A DNA stretch of 61,169 bases from Clostridia bacterium. GTDB lineage: Bacteria > Bacillota > Clostridia > TANB77 > CAG-508. Shown in pieces: positions 58,421-61,169 of the stretch; the stretch's first letter is position 1, and the number at the start of each line of letters is the position of its first letter. Where the stretch lies: NCBI GenBank assembly GCA_017886645.1, contig JAGHJM010000099.1, positions 1 through 61,169 on the forward strand, written 5' to 3'. The notes under the pieces are model-generated. The model was not told where the DNA came from. It saw only the letters and a list, made by a program, of their open reading frames with translations, and did no database searches. A program made the translations under genes and the position numbers.

Positions 58421-61169
58421 GGGTAATTTTATTTTCTTTATCTTCTACTCCGAGCATTTGCTCTGCTTTATTAACATCTTCTCCAGTTATACCACTTTCC
58501 TCTATAGCCTTTATTATTTCTTTTTTCTTATCAGATTTGCTTAAATTCCTACTATATTCCTCTTCCATTCCCATAATTTCTTCTATCTTATGTTTTATTT
58601 CTTCATAAATTTTTGGATAAGGTTCAGCATCAACAAAACGTCCAGATATGGTATTCCTTTTATTAGATTCTTCTTCTAATATTTTTTTTAAAAATTCCAA
58701 ATTTTTTAGTCTTTCATTATTATCTGTAGAATTTAATTCAATAGATGACATTATAGCTGATATCATTTTTTTCCTATCATCATCTGTAAAATATTCATTT
58801 TTTAGTTCATTTGTATATCTAAGTCCATTTCTATTATTTTCAAACAATAAAATTGTTTCTCTTATCAATTCTTGCTTTGTTTTATTAGTTGTATTATCTT
58901 TTTCACCTTTTAATATTTTCAAATTTTCTATTACTTTACTTTTCTCTTGTATTGCAAATGCCTCTCTATCAATAATAACAATTGGTATATTAAGTTCTAT
59001 CGCTAAACGTTTTGATTCATCATATCTAGTCTTTTCAGTTTCTAGTTTTTTTCTTTCTTCTTCTGATAACTTATTAAAATTCTCATCTTCAAACCTACTA
59101 AAATCCTCTCTAGTTCTTTCTTTAAACATTAGCACATAAGAAGGCAACTTTCTAGTTAATGTATTTGTATTTGAATCATATATTAGTCTATCTGAAACTA
59201 ACTCATTATGTGGGTGTCTTGTATTATCTATCATTTCTTTTGGCGTTCTATATTGTATGCCTCCTAATGGAAATTTACTTATTGCTGTTCTTGCTTCTTC
59301 TACCCAATTTGCCTCTCTAATATTTAATTTCCAATTAAACATATTAGAATCTAGATCCCATGGTCCCATAATTTCAAACATACAAGGAGATCCATATCCA
59401 ACAATTGGTCCTGCCCCTGTTCTTGCTATTGCCAACATACTTTGATTTATATAGCTTTCACAAACTCCATGAAATTGAATTGAAGGTTGATTATAATAGT
59501 TTTCATAGTTCTCAGGAATCTCCCAATTAGTATATGCTCCTTCCACTCTTACAATCATTGAAAAGTCAAAAGGTGTATCTACTCCATTAGGTGGTAACTC
59601 ATATACATTTATAGATTTACCATTATAAGATATTGTCCTATTGCTTTTTTGTTTGTTAGCATCAAATAACAGCTCATTATACTCTCTTGAATACATTTCT
59701 ATTAATGAATTTTCTATATCAAGCCTATTTATAATGTTTTTATTACCTTCATTTAAAATCTGTTCTTTAAATTTTCCGTTAGAAAGTAGTCTATCTATCT
59801 CATCTTCAGACATATCTACAATACTACGCATTTTTTTCACAAGATCAACTACATATCTTTCATCATTATTCTTTATGTCTAATTTATCTAAATCTTCTGC
59901 GTATTTTTTTATAATATTTTCTGCTGAGTCATAGTCTATATCATAAAGTAGCTCTAAAATTGCAAATTTTCTTTCAGTTCCTTCTTTTACTTCATATAGT
60001 CCTTCACCTTTTTTTTCTAATAATCTTAAACATATTTTTCTTTTTATTTCTTCATATTTTTTTACATCATCTAAAGAACTTATACCAAAATAGTTATTTC
60101 TTGAACTAAGTATATTTATAAGTTTATTGTAGTCTATTTGCTCATCATTTTCACACTCACATAAAGCATGTAATAATTGAAAATTATCATGGTAATTCCC
60201 CAAAATTGCACCAATATATGCAATTTGAGCATTATTATTTTTTCTCAATATTTCTTCATATAGATGCCTATAAGCTCCATTTGGTTTCATGTCAGCAAGT
60301 CTAATTTGTATACTATCTTGTCCAGTACTTTTTTCAGAAATTCTAACTAAAATATTATTTGGAATATAATTATACTCTTTTTCCAGCAATTCTAAATATA
60401 TTCCTTTATTTATAGCACTATTATTAGCTAGTAAATATTTATATTTAGCTATAATATCTTCAATTTCATTCTCATCCTTATTTTTAAATTTCAAATGAAA
60501 AAATAAATCAATTGATTTATCATCCATTGCTTCAACTTTAGTACGACTTAATAAATCGTCATAAATTTGTGGATATTTAATCTCAGATTGTTCTATCTTA
60601 TGAAGAACTTCAACAAATTGTTCAGGAGTTTGCTCTTCTACTTCCGCCCAATCATACATTATATTTTCAGTTTGCTTAAACTTTTTTTCATACTTTTCTT
60701 TATATTTAGGATTAATATATTCAAATATATTATCAGGAAATAATCTAAATTCTCCATCTCCATTTATAAAAATTTGAATCATTCTTTCCGTTTGTCTTTC
60801 CTTTGGAAATCTACGCAAATACCTATCTATCACCTTACTATTATCCTTGTTTTTTTCCACTTCTTCCTCAGCAATTTGTTCTATTGGATAATTCGGATTT
60901 AATCTATTAATTTTTAATAATGTATCTAATAGACTTTCTGTATCACTTTTTGCCTTCTCTACAATCCTATCATAATATTCTTCATCAACATATGCAACCA
61001 AAATAGGTAATGCTTCAGGATTTGCTTTTTGTATAATCTCGTCAATTAAATTTTTATTATATGAAAACAGCTTTTGAAATACTGGTAAAAACATTTCTTC
61101 TTCACCATCAGAGTAATTAAGTAGTTCCAAAACATCATCAGGTTTATTTGAAAATTCTTTTGCTAATGC
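58404..61169 (-). CDS. large hypothetical protein (more than 920 aa; the 5' end runs off the window)
   Basis: The track's start at 61130 is a TTG, and the frame stays open to base 61169 (ALAKEFSNKPDDV-LELLNYS..). I did not recognise any motif. Confidence 0.6.
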   Translation of the reverse strand, partial: ALAKEFSNKPDDVLELLNYSDGEEEMFLPVFQKLFSYNKNLIDEIIQKANPEALPILVAYVDEEYYDRIVEKAKSDTESLLDTLLKINRLNPNYPIEQIAEEEVEKNKDNSKVIDRYLRRFPKERQTERMIQIFINGDGEFRLFPDNIFEYINPKYKEKYEKKFKQTENIMYDWAEVEEQTPEQFVEVLHKIEQSEIKYPQIYDDLLSRTKVEAMDDKSIDLFFHLKFKNKDENEIEDIIAKYKYLLANNSAINKGIYLELLEKEYNYIPNNILVRISEKSTGQDSIQIRLADMKPNGAYRHLYEEILRKNNNAQIAYIGAILGNYHDNFQLLHALCECENDEQIDYNKLINILSSRNNYFGISSLDDVKKYEEIKRKICLRLLEKKGEGLYEVKEGTERKFAILELLYDIDYDSAENIIKKYAEDLDKLDIKNNDERYVVDLVKKMRSIVDMSEDEIDRLLSNGKFKEQILNEGNKNIINRLDIENSLIEMYSREYNELLFDANKQKSNRTISYNGKSINVYELPPNGVDTPFDFSMIVRVEGAYTNWEIPENYENYYNQPSIQFHGVCESYINQSMLAIARTGAGPIVGYGSPCMFEIMGPWDLDSNMFNWKLNIREANWVEEARTAISKFPLGGIQYRTPKEMIDNTRHPHNELVSDRLIYDSNTNTLTRKLPSYVLMFKERTREDFSRFEDENFNKLSEEERKKLETEKTRYDESKRLAIELNIPIVIIDREAFAIQEKSKVIENLKILKGEKDNTTNKTKQELIRETILLFENNRNGLRYTNELKNEYFTDDDRKKMISAIMSSIELNSTDNNERLKNLEFLKKILEEESNKRNTISGRFVDAEPYPKIYEEIKHKIEEIMGMEEEYSRNLSKSDKKKEIIKAIEESGITGEDVNKAEQMLGVEDKENKITHADSE

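Overview
This is a very AT-rich window of about 20-28% GC by hand counts. It looks like a spore-forming, low-GC Firmicute of the Clostridia type, since YtxC-like and YtaF-like genes are present. Coding is almost entirely on the minus strand. Most of it is a housekeeping backbone: def, rlmD, maf, ispA, an ABC-F gene, trxA with a TrxB-like reductase, ireB-ruvX, pyrG, addA, tgt-queA, ileS with a T-box leader, a P-type ATPase and polA. No rRNA, CRISPR array, integrase or transposase is visible. The accessory or odd content is as follows. (1) Two homologous promoter-bearing single-gene cassettes sit at the 3' end of tRNA-Leu(UAG); one carries a GC-anomalous 138-aa ORF and the other a divergent Ham1/RdgB. 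(2) A second GC-rich micro-island encodes a Cys-rich 92-aa ORF between the ABC-F gene and trxA. (3) An orphan alpha/beta-hydrolase-like gene has its own promoter and operator-like palindrome. (4) A surface module contains a sortase, two cohesin-like proteins and a dockerin-bearing GH73 hydrolase that is frameshifted. (5) A large protein combines a receiver-like domain, AT-hooks, an N/Q-rich region and a ParA-like domain, and lies next to a degenerate GGDEF protein. (6) An unrecognisable protein of more than 920 aa, with a coupled small ORF, lies next to PpaC-like and transglutaminase-like genes. (7) A GH57 gene is interrupted by a single in-frame TAA. All calls rest on reading motifs by eye; no database search was possible. 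I cannot name a single proven novel system. The tRNA-Leu cassette locus is my best candidate.
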